From: Octopus vulgaris
Taxonomy: Eukaryota
DNA: 64,000 nucleotides
Assembly (NCBI GenBank): GCA_951406725.2
Contig: OX597819.1
Location: forward strand, 60,698,001-60,762,000
Direction of reading: 5' to 3'
Position numbers and translations under genes: made by a program. Shown piece after piece: positions 1 through 14,000 of this stretch. The number at the start of each line of letters is the position of its first letter. Positions within the stretch are counted from its first letter, which is position 1. Below the pieces are notes generated by a model that worked only from the letters and a program-made list of their open reading frames with translations, was not told the origin of the DNA and searched no databases.

Positions 1-373
1 GGATATGGTAGACAGAAACTGAAAGAAGCCCATCATATGTATATGTGTGTGTGTGTGCCCCACCATTGCTTGACAACCGATATTGGTGTGTTTACGTCCC
101 TGTAACTTATTGGTTCAGCAAAAGGTACTGATAGGAATAAGGTCTAGGGTTGATTTGTTCAACTAAAGGCAGTGCTCCGAAACAAGTAAAAGAAGAAGAA
201 GAAATGACGCCGACGGCGCCACCGCCGACGAATATGTTTTTATACAAAATTAACATATTAGAATTATAGTAAACAGATTTTTCTTAAATTTTAGGCTCTT
301 CAACAGATTATCTATTCAATCACAAACTAAGAGTGATTACTAATCCCTGTTCTTGTGAGTATGCCCAGCATTT

Positions 374-417
<44 letters not shown>

Positions 418-1328
418 CTGCACTTTCTTCAGGTTGGGTAACCATGTATTTCCTTTGCAGTAGCGAACCTATTTCTGTCTTCAGTCCTGATCTCTCTCTC
501 TGGCCGGGCAACCTTGTACCCCCTCTAAAGCAAGACACCTGTTTCTATCTCACAATAACCTTTCATCATCTGACACAAGAGCACCTCCTCCAATGCCCCC
601 TCCCCTCTCAAAAGAAATTTTTTTTGTCTTGCAAGTACTTTGTGACCCTGTCAGTGCAGGTGCCACTTAAAAGCACCCAGTCCACACTGTAAAGTGGTTG
701 GTGTTCAGAAGGGCATCCAGCTGCAAAAACCTTGCCAAAACTGACCTTGCCTGCGCTTGAGCCACGCAAAAAGCACTAAGTCTATTCTGCTGAGTGGTTG
801 ATTTTAGGAGTGGCATCCAGCTGTAAAAATCGTACCAAAATGATCACAGAAGTCTGGTGCAGCCTTCCGCCTGACTGGCTCTTGTGAAACCGTCCCACCC
901 ATACCAGCATGGAAGGCGGATGTTAAACGATGGCAATGATGATGAAACTAAAGCCTGGAGTACACCTAGTAACAGATGATCTTGAAGTGATACAACCTGA
1001 TCCCTCAACCACTGTTTCCTATCACTAATGGAATTAATTCTTTAGTACTTAAGCCAGTTTAGCCCTATACATTCTCCTCGTTTTATGTTCAAACTAGCCA
1101 GATCAAGCTTCTCACTCTTACCCTACAATGTCATTCTAAAAATAAACAATCACATCATTGACGATGATGATGATGAAATCTCAAAGCTATGAGATAAGGC
1201 ATGATTAATTCAAAACAATGTGAATAAATAAACATAATATTTGCCAGAATATTAGTACTAAGCTAAAGGATTAAATAAACAGAAATTCAATAAATTTCAG
1301 AGGTAAACAGAAATAAATGATAAATTAC

Positions 1329-1425
1329 CTGTATTTAGTTTACATTTCAATTTTCCTTTCACTTGTACAGATTTTGAATCCACATGACATCCTGACTGTG
1401 TAAAATCATTAATCCGAAATGTGAG
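1329..1425 (-). CDS. AP5M1: AP5M1 exon 13 (LTFRINDFTQSGCHVDSKSVQVKGKLKCKLNT); terminal exon not found in window
   Basis: Similar to [22 protein letters not shown]. Ends with a donor. The 13 exons splice to 1390 nt with no stop codon. Confidence 0.92.
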
Positions 1426-3329
1426 CTGACAAAGAGATTAATGGAAATTTGCTTTAATTTTGCAAAATAAATGTGAAAATATAAATTTATAGAATAGAAT
1501 GAATGAATGGATGGAGAGAAAGATAAACATGAGATGAATGTCTTAGTAGCAGTGTGAAGATATAAAAGGATGGTGACTTATGGACATTGATATCATTTTA
1601 ATGTTCACTTTTCCATATTTGCAGGGGTCAGGTGGAGTTTATTGAGGCAGATTTTCTATGGCCAGATGCTCTTCCTGCCACCAACCCTCACCTCTTTCCA
1701 AGGAAAATAATATTTCCCCATGGTTAGACATGTTTCTGCAGGATATTGGAAATTAATGGCACTGCTTGTGTGACAGTGACACTCATTTACAACTATCATA
1801 TCGTTGTCATTTTGCAAAAGTGTTGTAAGTTCAAAACATTGCTTTTTCAGAAAATGAAAAAAATAGTTTTACCATTCCATTTCTTTGTCCATTAGCAACA
1901 GTTTCAGCTTAACAGTAATACTTTGGTGGGTTGTGTAAAATTGTAAACTCCATGAATGTACGAAATTTTCAGTCAGAAATATTTTGCAAAACTGTCATAT
2001 GTGGGACTTACTACACTTTTGAAAAATGCTAACCTGTTGTACTACATTTTGACAATTTTCATATCTTGGCATCTGAAGCAGCTGGAGATATGATAGGTTG
2101 ACTAAAAGGACTGGCTATTGCAAACAAAATTGAATATTGAAAAAAAGAATGCATTTGGCCAAACTTGGACATACGATCCTTTAACATGATAGCAACAATA
2201 TGATGCCAAGACAAGGAGACACAAATATATAAAAACATACAGACACACATATATATATACACAAAAAGTTTCTCTCAGTTTCCATCTATCAAATCCACTC
2301 AAAAGGCTTTAATCGGCTTGGGACAATAATAGAAGACACTTGCCCAAGGAGCTATGCAGTGAGACTGAACCTGAGACCCTGTGGCTGGGAAGCGAACTTC
2401 TTAACCATACAGCCATATCTGTGTCAGGAACCACGACTTTCAGAAATATTTGTTCAAGCTCAGAGTTGTTGAAGTATGTAATAAATTACATGCATCAGTT
2501 GTTAGCTGTCAGGACAGTGTAGTCTCCAAAAATTCCTCATTTCCTGAAATTCACCAATTCTATTCCTGATGTGTCTGAATATCCATTCCTCTTTATGGTT
2601 CTTTTCTGTTCACTTTTGTGTCGTTTTGTGTTTTATTTTTTCTCCTGTGCATGTACTTCTAGCCTTTGTTGCCGTCTTTCATTACTTGACTTACATGTTT
2701 GCTCTCTGTCCCTTCTTTTAACTTTTTCCAACGAAGTAGGTACTTTTTCCAATAGGTAGGGGGCTCTGAAAGGGGTCTCAGGGAGTAGCATCCCTGCCTT
2801 CCTGAGCTAGTTTTCCACCACATTTCTTAAAAATCATGGTGGAGGCTTTGGTCTCAGGACCACTCATGTCTAGAAACTGAGGTTGGGGGTAAGCAAGGGC
2901 ATGCTCCCTGTAGAAAATCCAGCTCCAAAAAAGCTTCATGATAGCAAGGGAGAATGGGCGCCAGCCAGCCCAAAGGTTGGGGTGGGCTGCACCTGCCTAC
3001 TTCACTTGCTATGGCATTGAGGTGGATCCGGCTACCCCCGTTAATGGGGACAAAACCCAAATTTAAAACACTGGATGATGATGATGATTGTAGTGCACTT
3101 GAGCACTGTATGCAACAAACTAGTTATTGGCAGAATTATTAGCACACTGGATGAAATGCTTAGCAGTATTTTGCCCATTGCTATGTTCTGAGTTCAAATT
3201 CTGCTGAGGTTGACTTTGCCATTCATCCTTTCAGGGTCAATAAATTAAGTACCAATGAAACATTTGGGTCGATGTAATCAACTTCTTCCTGCCCCACAAA
3301 TTTCAGGCCTTGTGCCTTTAGAGGAAAGG

Positions 3330-3370
<41 letters not shown>

Positions 3371-3633
3371 CATCATCACTACTACTACTGCTACTAACAC
3401 TACTACTTCTTAAGGCAATGAGTTGGCAGAACTGTTAACATGCTGGATAAAATGCTTAGTGGCATTTAAGTTCTCAGTTCAAATTCTGCTACAGTCAACT
3501 TTGCCTTTCATCCTTTCGGAGTTGATAAAATAAGTACCAGTCGAGCATTGAAATCGAAAAAATTGACTTGCTCCCACCCCAAAACTTGCTAGTCCTGAGT
3601 CAAAATTTGAGATCATCATCATCATCATCATCA

Positions 3634-3665
<32 letters not shown>

Positions 3666-4723
3666 GTTGTTGTTGTTGTTATTATTATTATTAATATTAT
3701 TATTGAGGTGGCAGAGCCATTAGCACACTGGACAAAAAAACTTAGCAGCATTTCACCTGTCTAAGTTCTAAGGTCAAATTCCACTGAGGTTGACTTAACT
3801 TTTCATCCTTTCAGAGTCAATCAAATAAATACCAGTCACATACTGGGGTCGGTTTAATCAACTTCCCCTCCCCTCAAAAACTGCTGGCCCTGTGCCAAAA
3901 TCAGAAATCATATTATTATTATTATCACTACTTCCTGATGTATCACCCTTCCTGTCGATTTCAAGTGCCTATTTTTCTGAATATTTGTAAGAACTACACC
4001 AGTGACCATCCTTTAAAACCTGTTGAACTCAAAACACTCATCAAACCACAAATGAGCAGCATGTTAAGTAGCCACCTGGGTCATATGTGTGGCTACTTAA
4101 CATTTTTATTGTGGCCCACTTGGAAGTGTTGTACACAGTTAGAGTGCTCCATTCAGAACATATTCATATTGCATTTTGACAAATGTTGAAGCTTCCCTGG
4201 TTCAGTATTGATGTGAGAATAAGGCGGCAAGCTGGCAGAATTGCAAGCACGCCAAGCAAAATGCTTTATGGCATTTCGTCCATCTTTACATTCTGAGTTC
4301 AAATTCCATCACAGTTGACTTTGCCTTTCATCCTTTGGAGGTCAATAAAAAAAAAAAAACAGTTGAACACTGAGGCTGATGCAACTGACTTATGCCTTTC
4401 CCAAAAATTGCAGGCCTTGTGCCAAAATTTGAAACCAATATTGATAAGAGAAAATCATTAAGAATGTTATTAATGATATAGCTGTGTGTTTACTCTTGTA
4501 CTGGTTTCAGTCATTTGACTGAGGCCATGCTAGAGCACTGCCTTTAGTCGAGCAAATCGACTCCAGGAGTTATTCTTTGTAAGCCTAGTACTTATTTTAT
4601 TGGTCTCTTTTGCTGAACCACTAAGTTACAAGGACATAGACACACCAGCATCAGTTGTCAAGCGATTTCAGGGAGGTGGGGGGGAGAGGCACATATATAC
4701 ACAAATAAATAAATACATACATA

Positions 4724-4783
<60 letters not shown>

Positions 4784-5332
4784 TATACAACACGCTTCTC
4801 TCAGTTTCCATCTACCAAATCCACTCACAAGCAAGCCTTGGTTGGCATGAGGCTATAGTAGGAGACATTGGCCTAAGGTGCCACACAGTGGGACTGATCC
4901 CGCAACTATGTGGTTGGGAAGTCAGCTTCTTACCACACAGCCAAAAGAGCCACCCACCTTAGTGACTGCTACTTATTAGAATGCCCATCCTGTTGGTCTC
5001 AAATATATGTTTTTCTAAAAGTATACACCCTAATTCTTTTGATACCAATCCATCATAGGCTAACCCTGATTCTATGATACAAGCTCCATTTTAAATTAAA
5101 ATCTCCAAAAAAAATTTCCCATCTTCATTTATGCTCTAAACACAAGCTTAACAATGACAAAGTTATTTTACTAAATATGTCATTATTTCCAAAATGAATT
5201 GAAACAAAATTTAGGGTTTCAACTTAAATACGGTAAGAAAATGGTTAAATATTCAGTAAAATGCAAAGAAAATCAATAACAAAAAACACAACCTTATTCT
5301 GTAAAAGAAAATGAATAAATAAAAAGACTCAC

Positions 5333-5460
5333 CAAAACGTAAGAATTCAGGTCAATGCAAAAAGGATCTTCATACATGTCAGGATTTGTAGGCAACTGTT
5401 TATTGAGTAATAAGGTTGACGTCAGGAAAACTTCAAGGTTTTTACTAGGGAACTTCTGCC
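5333..5460 (-). CDS. AP5M1: AP5M1 exon 12 (QKFPSKNLEVFLTSTLLLNKQLPTNPDMYEDPFCIDLNSYVL)
   Basis: GQKFP and DP.C motifs; AG/gtgagt boundaries. Confidence 0.93.
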
Positions 5461-7800
5461 CTATTGAAAGTAATAAGCAGAAAGATTTAGAATAAAGATA
5501 CATTAATACAATGTAGTATTTTAAGGTAGTGGATCCGTAGAAACATTAATGTCTTAGATGGACTATTGTGCAGTATTTAGTTCTGATTATTTGTGTTCTG
5601 GGTTCAAATACCACCAAAATTAGCTTTGCATCATTTCATCCTTTTTGGATCAATAAATAAAATATTAGTCAATTAGTGGGGTTGGTTTAATTGGATCAGC
5701 ATGTCTGATACAGGTGGACAAAAGATAGAAAAAAAAGAGGACTTTTAAAATTAAACCTTTTAGGGTTCTTCAAATTGTTTCCACTATTTTATTTACTCAA
5801 CATGGCTGCTTGGTTAAGAAGCCTGCTTTGCAACCATGTGGTTTTGGCTCCAGTCCCACTGTACAATACCTTGGGTAAGCATCTACTAAAGAGCTGGGTT
5901 GACTAATGCCTTGAGCGAATTTGGTACAGGGAAACTGTGTGGAAGCCCACTGTATTTGCCAAATGAATATTAGATTTATTGTTATTCAAAGTAATATGCC
6001 GCTGCTAATACCAGCTTTATCATTCTCGATCTATTTTTCCATACTTGCAATAGTTAAAGGAACCTTCCCCAGCAGAGCCTCCTACCACCTTTGTCATGTC
6101 CTTCATCAGTTTCTGTATCCTGATATCAACCCCACCACTACTTCTCATAACCTTTCCTGCAGGTTCCATCCAGTTGGAACATCTGACACTGCTTTAATCC
6201 CACTGTCATCTTCACATGCCTCCACCAACACTGCCAGTCATGTAGCTAAAGGTAAGCAATGGGAGAAGTCCATCCCAGGTGGTGTTTTAAGGGTAGCACT
6301 TTTGGGTCTGTTCTATAAGCCTGTATAGGCAGTACTGGCCAAGTGAGGGTGGCAAACTCAATTACTGCCCCAAGCAGCACAAACTCTAGATCAGTGGTTC
6401 TCAACCAGGGTCGATATAAGATTTCTTTCCAACATTTTGTACATCCTCCGCATTCAATGCTCGTTTTTTTTTTTAACTCTCATGCAACTTCAAACTTTGT
6501 AAACAAGCACCATACAACCAGTCCTTCACTTGGAGAGGGAGAGAATTCATCTGTTGTCAGCAGAGGCAATAGATCTCTGAACTTTGATCTTTTCCCCTCA
6601 TTCTTATTCTGGCTACTCTACTTTTAGAATATGAGTGTGTGTGTGAGAGAGAGAGGGGAAGCGAGAGAGAGAGAGAGGGAAAGAGAGTGTGTGTGTGTGT
6701 TAGGTGATTAGCCTTTTATCTTTTACCTGTTTCAATCACTGGACTGTGCCCATGCTGGGGCACAGCCTTGAAGGGCTTAACTGAACAAACTGACCATAGT
6801 GCTTATCTTTTTCTTAGTTTGGTACCTATTATATTGGTGTCTTTTGTCAAACCACTAAGTTACAGAGACATAAACACACCATCACTGGCATGTGTGAGGG
6901 GACAAAACACATATAGACACACACACATACACATCGTCATTTCATGTCCACTTTTCCATCTTGCATGGGTTGGACGGAGTTTATTTGAGATAGATTTTCT
7001 ACAGTCAGATGCCTTTCCTGTCATCAACCTTTCCCTGTTTCTAAGTAATGTAATATTTCCCCATGGCAAAACATCATCTTGCACAATACTGAAAATGAAG
7101 GATACTACTTCTATGACAAAAAACACTTATTTACAATTATCACATGATATTAAGATTAACACACACACGTATATGTACATGACAAGTTTATTTTGGTTTC
7201 TGTCTACCAAATCCATTTACAAGGCTTTGTGGTCAGCTTGAGACTAAAGTAGACAGTCCAAGGTACTGCACAGCAAGACTGAACCCAAGACCACATGGTT
7301 GAGAAGTAAACTTCTTACCCACACAGCTACATTTGCACCGTTGTATACCTTTGCTACTGAGATTCATACATTTTGTGCCAATTCTGTCCAATTTCCATTA
7401 AGCACTGATTTTTTTTTTTTACTCTAGTTTTGTTTAATTATTGATTTTTTTTCTCCTATGAAGTTATTTCTGGAGAGAGAAGAAAATATGTTAAAATATA
7501 ATAATGATATTTGATATTTTTTTTGGGACTAGACCTAGGCATAAGGCCAATTTTCACAGGCAAGAAGTATTGTTAATTAACGGGTGAAAAATAAAATCAG
7601 AATCCAGGGAGAGAGGAAACAAGTGGTTATTAATTAAGTTGATTTCAGTATATTTTTTTTGTTATACAATCTGATGAAAAAAAAAAAATAATAAAAACAA
7701 CAAATTTGGTGGATTTGAATACAGAAATTTAGTGGGTTGAAACTAATGACTGTAAAGTATTTAAACAATTTCTCAACTGTTCCTGCCAACATGCTGATGC

Positions 7801-7844
<44 letters not shown>

Positions 7845-8046
7845 TGATGATGATGATGATAATAAAGATAGGAAAAGGAAATACACACAAAAAGGAAATG
7901 AGGAATGAAGTAGAAAAATAAAATAAATGCATATACGTTGAGAATTAAAAAGGAAATATAGTAAGAAAAAAATGGTAAAGATAATGTGTGTGTATGTGTG
8001 TAAGAAAGAAAGAAAACTGAAAAATATATATATTTATTAAAAGTAC

Positions 8047-8129
8047 CTATATTCCAAACCAATTTACGCTTATCAACCAGTTGAACACTTCCTTGGCTGG
8101 CATTCACTTCATAAGACTGGACAAGGCCA
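8047..8129 (-). CDS. AP5M1: AP5M1 exon 11 (GLVQSYEVNASQGSVQLVDKRKLVWNI-G)
   Basis: L.W.IG mu-domain motif; phase-consistent AG/GT boundaries. Confidence 0.9.
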
Positions 8130-9206
8130 CTGAAGAAAAAAATATTAAAAATATGAATATACATTTTTTTAGAAGTTTCCAATATAATTACTGTATATTA
8201 TTATTATTATCATCATCATCATCGTTGTTGTTATTACCTCCGCCTTAGTCAAGGAAGAAGTATTGTTTGTAGCCACGTTTGTTTGTCCGTGGATAATATA
8301 TCTCAAGAACTGCTGGATGGATTCGGATGAAAATTTCTTCGTGACTGGCACAAACTGATTAGATTTTGGGATTGATCTGGAACTGGACAAGGATTCTGGA
8401 CTATTTTCCTGTTTTTTTTTTTTTTACTTAAGTTTTGAGAGCAGTTGGATTCATTTTTAGTATTCTCATTTGTGAGAGCAGTCGAGTTTATTTCAGATAT
8501 TCTTATTTTAAAAATCATCCCTGGCTAATCACTGAGAGGACATTGGTGTTGCCTTGGGGGATGTTTGAGCTCTCTGAGTGCTCTTGTTATTATTGTTATC
8601 ATTATATTTATTATCATTACTATTAAGATGGTAAGCTGGCAGAATCGTTAGTACACTGGGTAAATGCTTAAAGACATTTTATCCATCTCTACATTCTGAG
8701 TTCTATTTCCATTGAGGCTGACATTGCCTTCCACTGTTTTGGAATTGATAAACTAAATACTAGTTGAACACAGGGTTTGATGTAATCGACTTACCTCACC
8801 CCTGAACATGGTGGCATTGACCCAAAATTTGAAACCATTATTATTATTATTGAGTGAGAGAGCAGTGAATGCCATCAAAGTGACACTGGGGTAAAATATG
8901 CAAAGCCCAGTACACCCATCATGACTACCTGTCTGATAAGGGTACATCAGGCACATGCATCACAACCATATGTGCATGACATGATGAACTCATGTCAAAA
9001 TAAATAGCACAAGACCTTGCAGGTGAGGCCCAGTTAGAATTTTCGCCAGGTTGAGTAGTCCATCCCATTCAAACGGTCCCTGAATAAGGTTTATTTAAGG
9101 CGTGTTTACGTGCCAATTTGCATGACATTGGTATCTGCCACAACTGCAATTTTTCTTGGCTTTATGGGTCTTCTCAAGCATGACATAATGCCAAAGGTCT
9201 TGGTCA

Positions 9207-9325
9207 TTGCCTCTGTGAGGCCCAATACTTTAAAGGAATTCGGCCACTTTGCCCATGTGAGGCCCAACATTTGAAAGGAACTCAGCCACTTTGCCTCTGT
9301 GAGGCCCAACATTTGAAAGGAACTC
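9207..9325. repeat. Tandem repeat, about 3 x 42 bp
   Basis: ttgcctctgtgaggcccaacatttgaaaggaactcagccact units. Confidence 0.8.
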
Positions 9326-10016
9326 ATAGATACACACACACTTTATGTACAACATATTGACATGTTATCTAACTTTCAACGGAGTCACAGCTAGACTTGT
9401 TGTTATGGTGTTAGGCATCTTAGTAAAGGGCTGTAGAGTTTGTATTATGTTACTTGTACTGTAATGTATTGATGGCCTACACACTTGACTCTTCTTAGCT
9501 ACATGTAGGCCACCTCACCTTTATATAATGCAAAGCACTTTGTAGTTAATGCCATATTTGATGGCGTGTAAGATACACTTTTTTTTCCAAAAATCTAAAA
9601 AAAAAAAAAATCACCTCAGGTTCTAGATGTGAAGTTGAGTCTTCCTTGAACTAATTTTGTCTCTGATGTTCTTTCGACTCAATAAACACTGTTAAAAAAT
9701 TAGGGTGTGTCTAATATGTCCAACAGTCTTTTATGCCATCAAAATGTACATATATATACATGTGTGTGTGTATGGGTGTATGATGATGATATACATATAT
9801 TAGAGGGAACTGGGTTATTTTTCTTGTGTTCATTTTATTTTGGGGAGAAACTTCGGATAGTCTCCTGATTCAAAGTATTAGTAGAGTTTAAATTTTCTCT
9901 GGGGGGATATTGAATTTCATTCGTTGTGAAGAGTTTTCAGCCCAAATCACTGAGTTGACTTCGCACACTTGCTGATCATGTACTGCAGGGACTAAGCTTA
10001 ACACAAGTATCAAATA

Positions 10017-10048
<32 letters not shown>

Positions 10049-11445
10049 TACATTATATTTGCTGATGTTAGCAAAAATACTAAAAAAAAGACAAGCTAAC
10101 AAAAATACTTTCAATATAGAAAGAAAATAGTTACATAAACAATTGTTTCAGTTAAAAGTACTTCATGAAAAATTCATGCATTTTTTATTTCATTAATAGA
10201 CACTGACATGGAAAGAGCATTATGAATAACCCCAAAAAAAAATCTTTGTTGCTTGTTTTGTAATGAAATTTGCATTCAAATGCTATAGTTACCATCATTG
10301 TCATATCAAAAATACCGTCTTTTATAAAACTTGGTATTTTAGAGGCATCACAATTTCAACAGCGCATATTCAGGAAAAACGTTTTTAATACATTAAAGCA
10401 TGGCTCAATTTCCCATATAGGACCCAGGGTGGTTTTTCTTTGAAACAATTCTTTATGGAAAACAAGAGAGTCTAATTATGCTGTAAGATATGGTAATCAA
10501 CATCATTTTAATGACTACTTTTCCGTGCTTGCATGAGTCAGATTTTCTAGGTCTTCTTGTTGCTAGTCCTCACCTAATTCCAAACAAGCTACTATTTCCT
10601 TTTGGCTGAACATGTTTGCATAGAAAATTAAAAATGAACAGTACTGCTTGTATAATGATGACACTTGTTTACAACTATCATGTGATGTCAAGACAAGGAG
10701 ACACAAACATACCCATGCATGCACACGCACACACACATACACACCCATATCATCATCATTTAACATCCGCTTTCCATGCTGGTATGGGTTGGACAGTTTG
10801 ACTGAGGACTGGCAAGCACCAGGCTCCAATCTGATTTGGCAAGGCTTCTACAGCTTGATGCCCTTCCTAATGTCAACCACTCCAAGAGTGTAGTGGGTAC
10901 CTTTTACATGCCACCAGCATGGGGGCCTGTCCGGCAGCAGTGGCATTGACCATGCTTGTATGGTGCTTTTTATGATCCACTGGCATGGGAGCCAGTCTGG
11001 CGGCACTGGCACCAACTACACTTGAATGGTGCATTTTACGTGCCACTGGCATGGGTGCCAGTCAGGCAGTGCTGACATCGTCCATGACAATGATTTTACT
11101 TGACTCAACAGGTCTTCTCATGCACAGCATATTGCCTGACAGTTGAAGGGTTCTCTTAAATGAGCCGGTTATGTGACAGTGACATTAGCATAGGCCAAGG
11201 CTACAATCTCACTTGGCTTACCAGGTCTTATATATATATATATATATATGTTCATCATGTTGAACCATTAAGCCCTACACATTTTTTTCCCTCTCAATCC
11301 TTTCTGCTGAAGAACATAGGCTTGAAATGTCAAAGACTTTTCCATTCTTCCTGAGTGTCAAACTAATACCCCTGCTTGTTGTTCCCTCACCTGTCTTCAT
11401 CTTTTGCATTCTGTAAATGTGAACTATATATATATATATATAGTT

Positions 11446-11476
<31 letters not shown>

Positions 11477-13004
11477 CACACCCACATGCACACATTTATA
11501 TACACACACACACACATTCCACTTCTGTCTACCAAATTCACACACACAAGGCTTTGGTTTTCCTGGGGCTATATTAGAAAATACTTGCCCAAGTGCCATG
11601 TAAGGACTGATCCAAAACGACATAGTTGGGAAGCAGACTTCTTAACCACACAGCCACACCTGTGCCAATTATATAATACTTCAAACAAAATAGCAGAGAA
11701 AGCATCTTTAATTGCTTCAGATAACTCTGGCAACATAACCGAAAATTAATGAATAATTAAGCTGCTCTCATTAGACTCACTTCATGTAGCTTTTCTAATT
11801 TTACTCTTTGGATGGTTTTAATGTTATCTGAGTATATTCTGATATCTTTGGCTCTTTTGATGATACTAACCTAACTGAGACCATCCCATGTTCCATTTTA
11901 TAACTTTCCTGTTTTTAAAGTGATCTAAATAAAAACCTTCCATTAAAATTCCATGTTAACTTTATGTTCTAAACATTGGTTTAATAACTATGTTAAATAG
12001 CCAACAGTGTATCATACTTAATGTAAACACTTAGGTGAAAGGCAAATTTACTGCAGTATTCATCCAGAGATAGCATCTCCTATGCTAAAGATACGATAGA
12101 AAGTGTCCATAAATTATTTTTACAACTTACACATACTGATTGTGGAAGTTGTAAAGATAATTTATGAACACTGGATACAGTTGTGGGTGGCGAAAATCAT
12201 CCCAGTAGCAGCTAATGAGAATGTTGGATGTATTTCATCTTTTTTGGGCCTCGTCAATAGTATGCACTCACAGTCAGTCACATACATAGAAGAGATTCAT
12301 AACCTCTGATATATAGGGAAACAACAAAATGCATTCACTGGTTGAATAAAATCACTGGACTAATACTGCAGTATATTTGCCAGTCAATGATGTATTTACA
12401 TTGAGTATAATACACAGGTGGCTATTTTAATTCAATATTGCTTCTGCTGCATATAATGGACTACAGAGTTATTTTACTAAATTCTTAATTTTTTTCAAAA
12501 CTAATTGAAACAAAGGCAGGGCATTTCAATAGAGATATGGTAACAAAAGGGTTACCATATAATGAGACATGCATTATTGCCTCCATATTGTTTAATAGCA
12601 CAATAATGCATGTGACAAAACGATTAGAGAATAGCATTGTCACCAAATACTGTAAGAACAAGAACTCAGCCATCAGGCTCTGAGTACAACAACAACAACA
12701 TTGTTGTCTTCGTCATCATCATCATCATCATTATTGTCACCCTCATGATTGCATGAGTCAGACAGACTTTGTCCAAGCAAACTTTCTATGGCTGGATGAC
12801 TTTCCTGTCACCATTTGCCACCTGTTTTTAAGTAAGGTGATATTTTCCCAAGGCAAGGCATGTTTTTCATGGAAGAATAGAAACAAACATCTATATGATA
12901 CTCATTTACAATCATCACATTTAGATAGATAGATAGACAGACAGATACAAAGACACCATATCTAAATATAAATAAATAAATAAATAAATAAATAAAGATA
13001 TAGT

Positions 13005-13400
13005 AGGCGTAGGAGTGGCTGTGTGGTAAGTAGCTTGTTCATCAACCACATGGTTCTGGGTTCAGTCCCACTGTGTGGCACCTTGGGCAAGTGTCTTCTA
13101 CTATAGCCTTGGGCCGACCAAAGCCTTGTGAGTGGATTTGGTAGACGGAAACTGAAAGAAGCCCGTCGTATATATGTATATATATGTATGTGCGTGTATA
13201 TTTGTGTGTCTGTGTTGGTCCCCCTAGCATTGCTTGACAACCAATGCTGGTGTGTTTATGTCCCCGTCACTTAGCAGTTCGGCAAAAGAGACCGATAGAA
13301 TAAGTAATGGGCTTACAAAGAATAAGTCCCGGGGTTGAGTTGCTCGATTAAAGGCAGTGCTCCAGTATGGCCGCAGTCAAAATGACTGAAACAAGTAAGA
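13005..13400 (+). mobile_element. Near full-length copy of the dominant tRNA-derived SINE family (many copies in the window, e.g. 4495-4940, 14330-14570, 28130-28760, 63660-64000)
   Basis: A/B-box-like head TGGCTGTGTGGTAAG...GGTTCAGTCCC, conserved body GGATTTGGTAGACGGAAACTGAAAGAAGCCC, internal TA/TG microsatellite, A-rich tail. Confidence 0.85.
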
Positions 13401-13439
13401 AAAAAAAAAGAGAAAAGAGAGATAGATACAGGGATACAT

Positions 13440-13488
<49 letters not shown>

Positions 13489-13552
13489 AATGAAAGACCG
13501 AAGATAGAATATATGCTATCCAGGGATAGCATCTCCTATGCTAAATATACGA

Positions 13553-13632
13553 TACAAGGTGTCTATAAATTATTTTTACAACTTTTACAATTAGTATGTG
13601 AAAGTTGTAAAGATAATTTACAGACACTATAT
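13553..13632. repeat. Short palindromic Tc1/mariner-like MITE; second copy at about 12097-12178
   Basis: gtgtctataaattatttttacaactt...aagttgtaaagataatttacagacac, with a shared upstream gatagcatctcctatgctaaa flank. Confidence 0.6.
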
Positions 13633-13896
13633 ATATTGGTGGTGGGGAGATGGATTTCTTTTAATTTTTGTGTATTAAATCCACACATAAGACTTTGGTT
13701 GGCCCAGGGTTATAGTAGAAGACACTTGCCCAAGATGTTGTGCAGTGGGATTGATCTCAAGACCACATGGTTGGGAAGCAAACTTCTTAACCACACACTC
13801 ACACATGTTAATGTAAATCATTAGCACAGAAACAATACAATCATGAAAATATACAATCCATGAATGTAGATGGAAAATTGACAAATTTCATTTTAC

Positions 13897-14000
13897 CGAT
13901 TATATATTGGTATTTGTAGTTCACAGATATCAAAAGAATTTTTAATTTTAGGATTCAGCGTTAAGCGAACTTCAATGATGACTTTTCCTCCTGGTTCAAC
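13897..14000 (-). CDS. AP5M1: AP5M1 exon 10 (VEPGGKVIIEVRLTLNPKIKNSFDICELQIPIYN-R)
   Basis: Similar to VKNNFEFCEAHIPFYNR; AG/GT boundaries. Confidence 0.92.

Noticed and set aside
1-1328. Terminal AP5M1 exon (expected ..SSDY.IWNS-like peptide)
   Set aside because: No matching peptide with an acceptor was found; it probably lies upstream of position 1
9207-9325. Regularly spaced repeats as a possible CRISPR array
   Set aside because: Head-to-tail 42-bp units without unique spacers, in eukaryotic intron DNA
12205-12270. Minus-strand TTGACGA-ggccc...GAAA-tac-ATC as a hammerhead
   Set aside because: Stems do not pair; too degenerate to support
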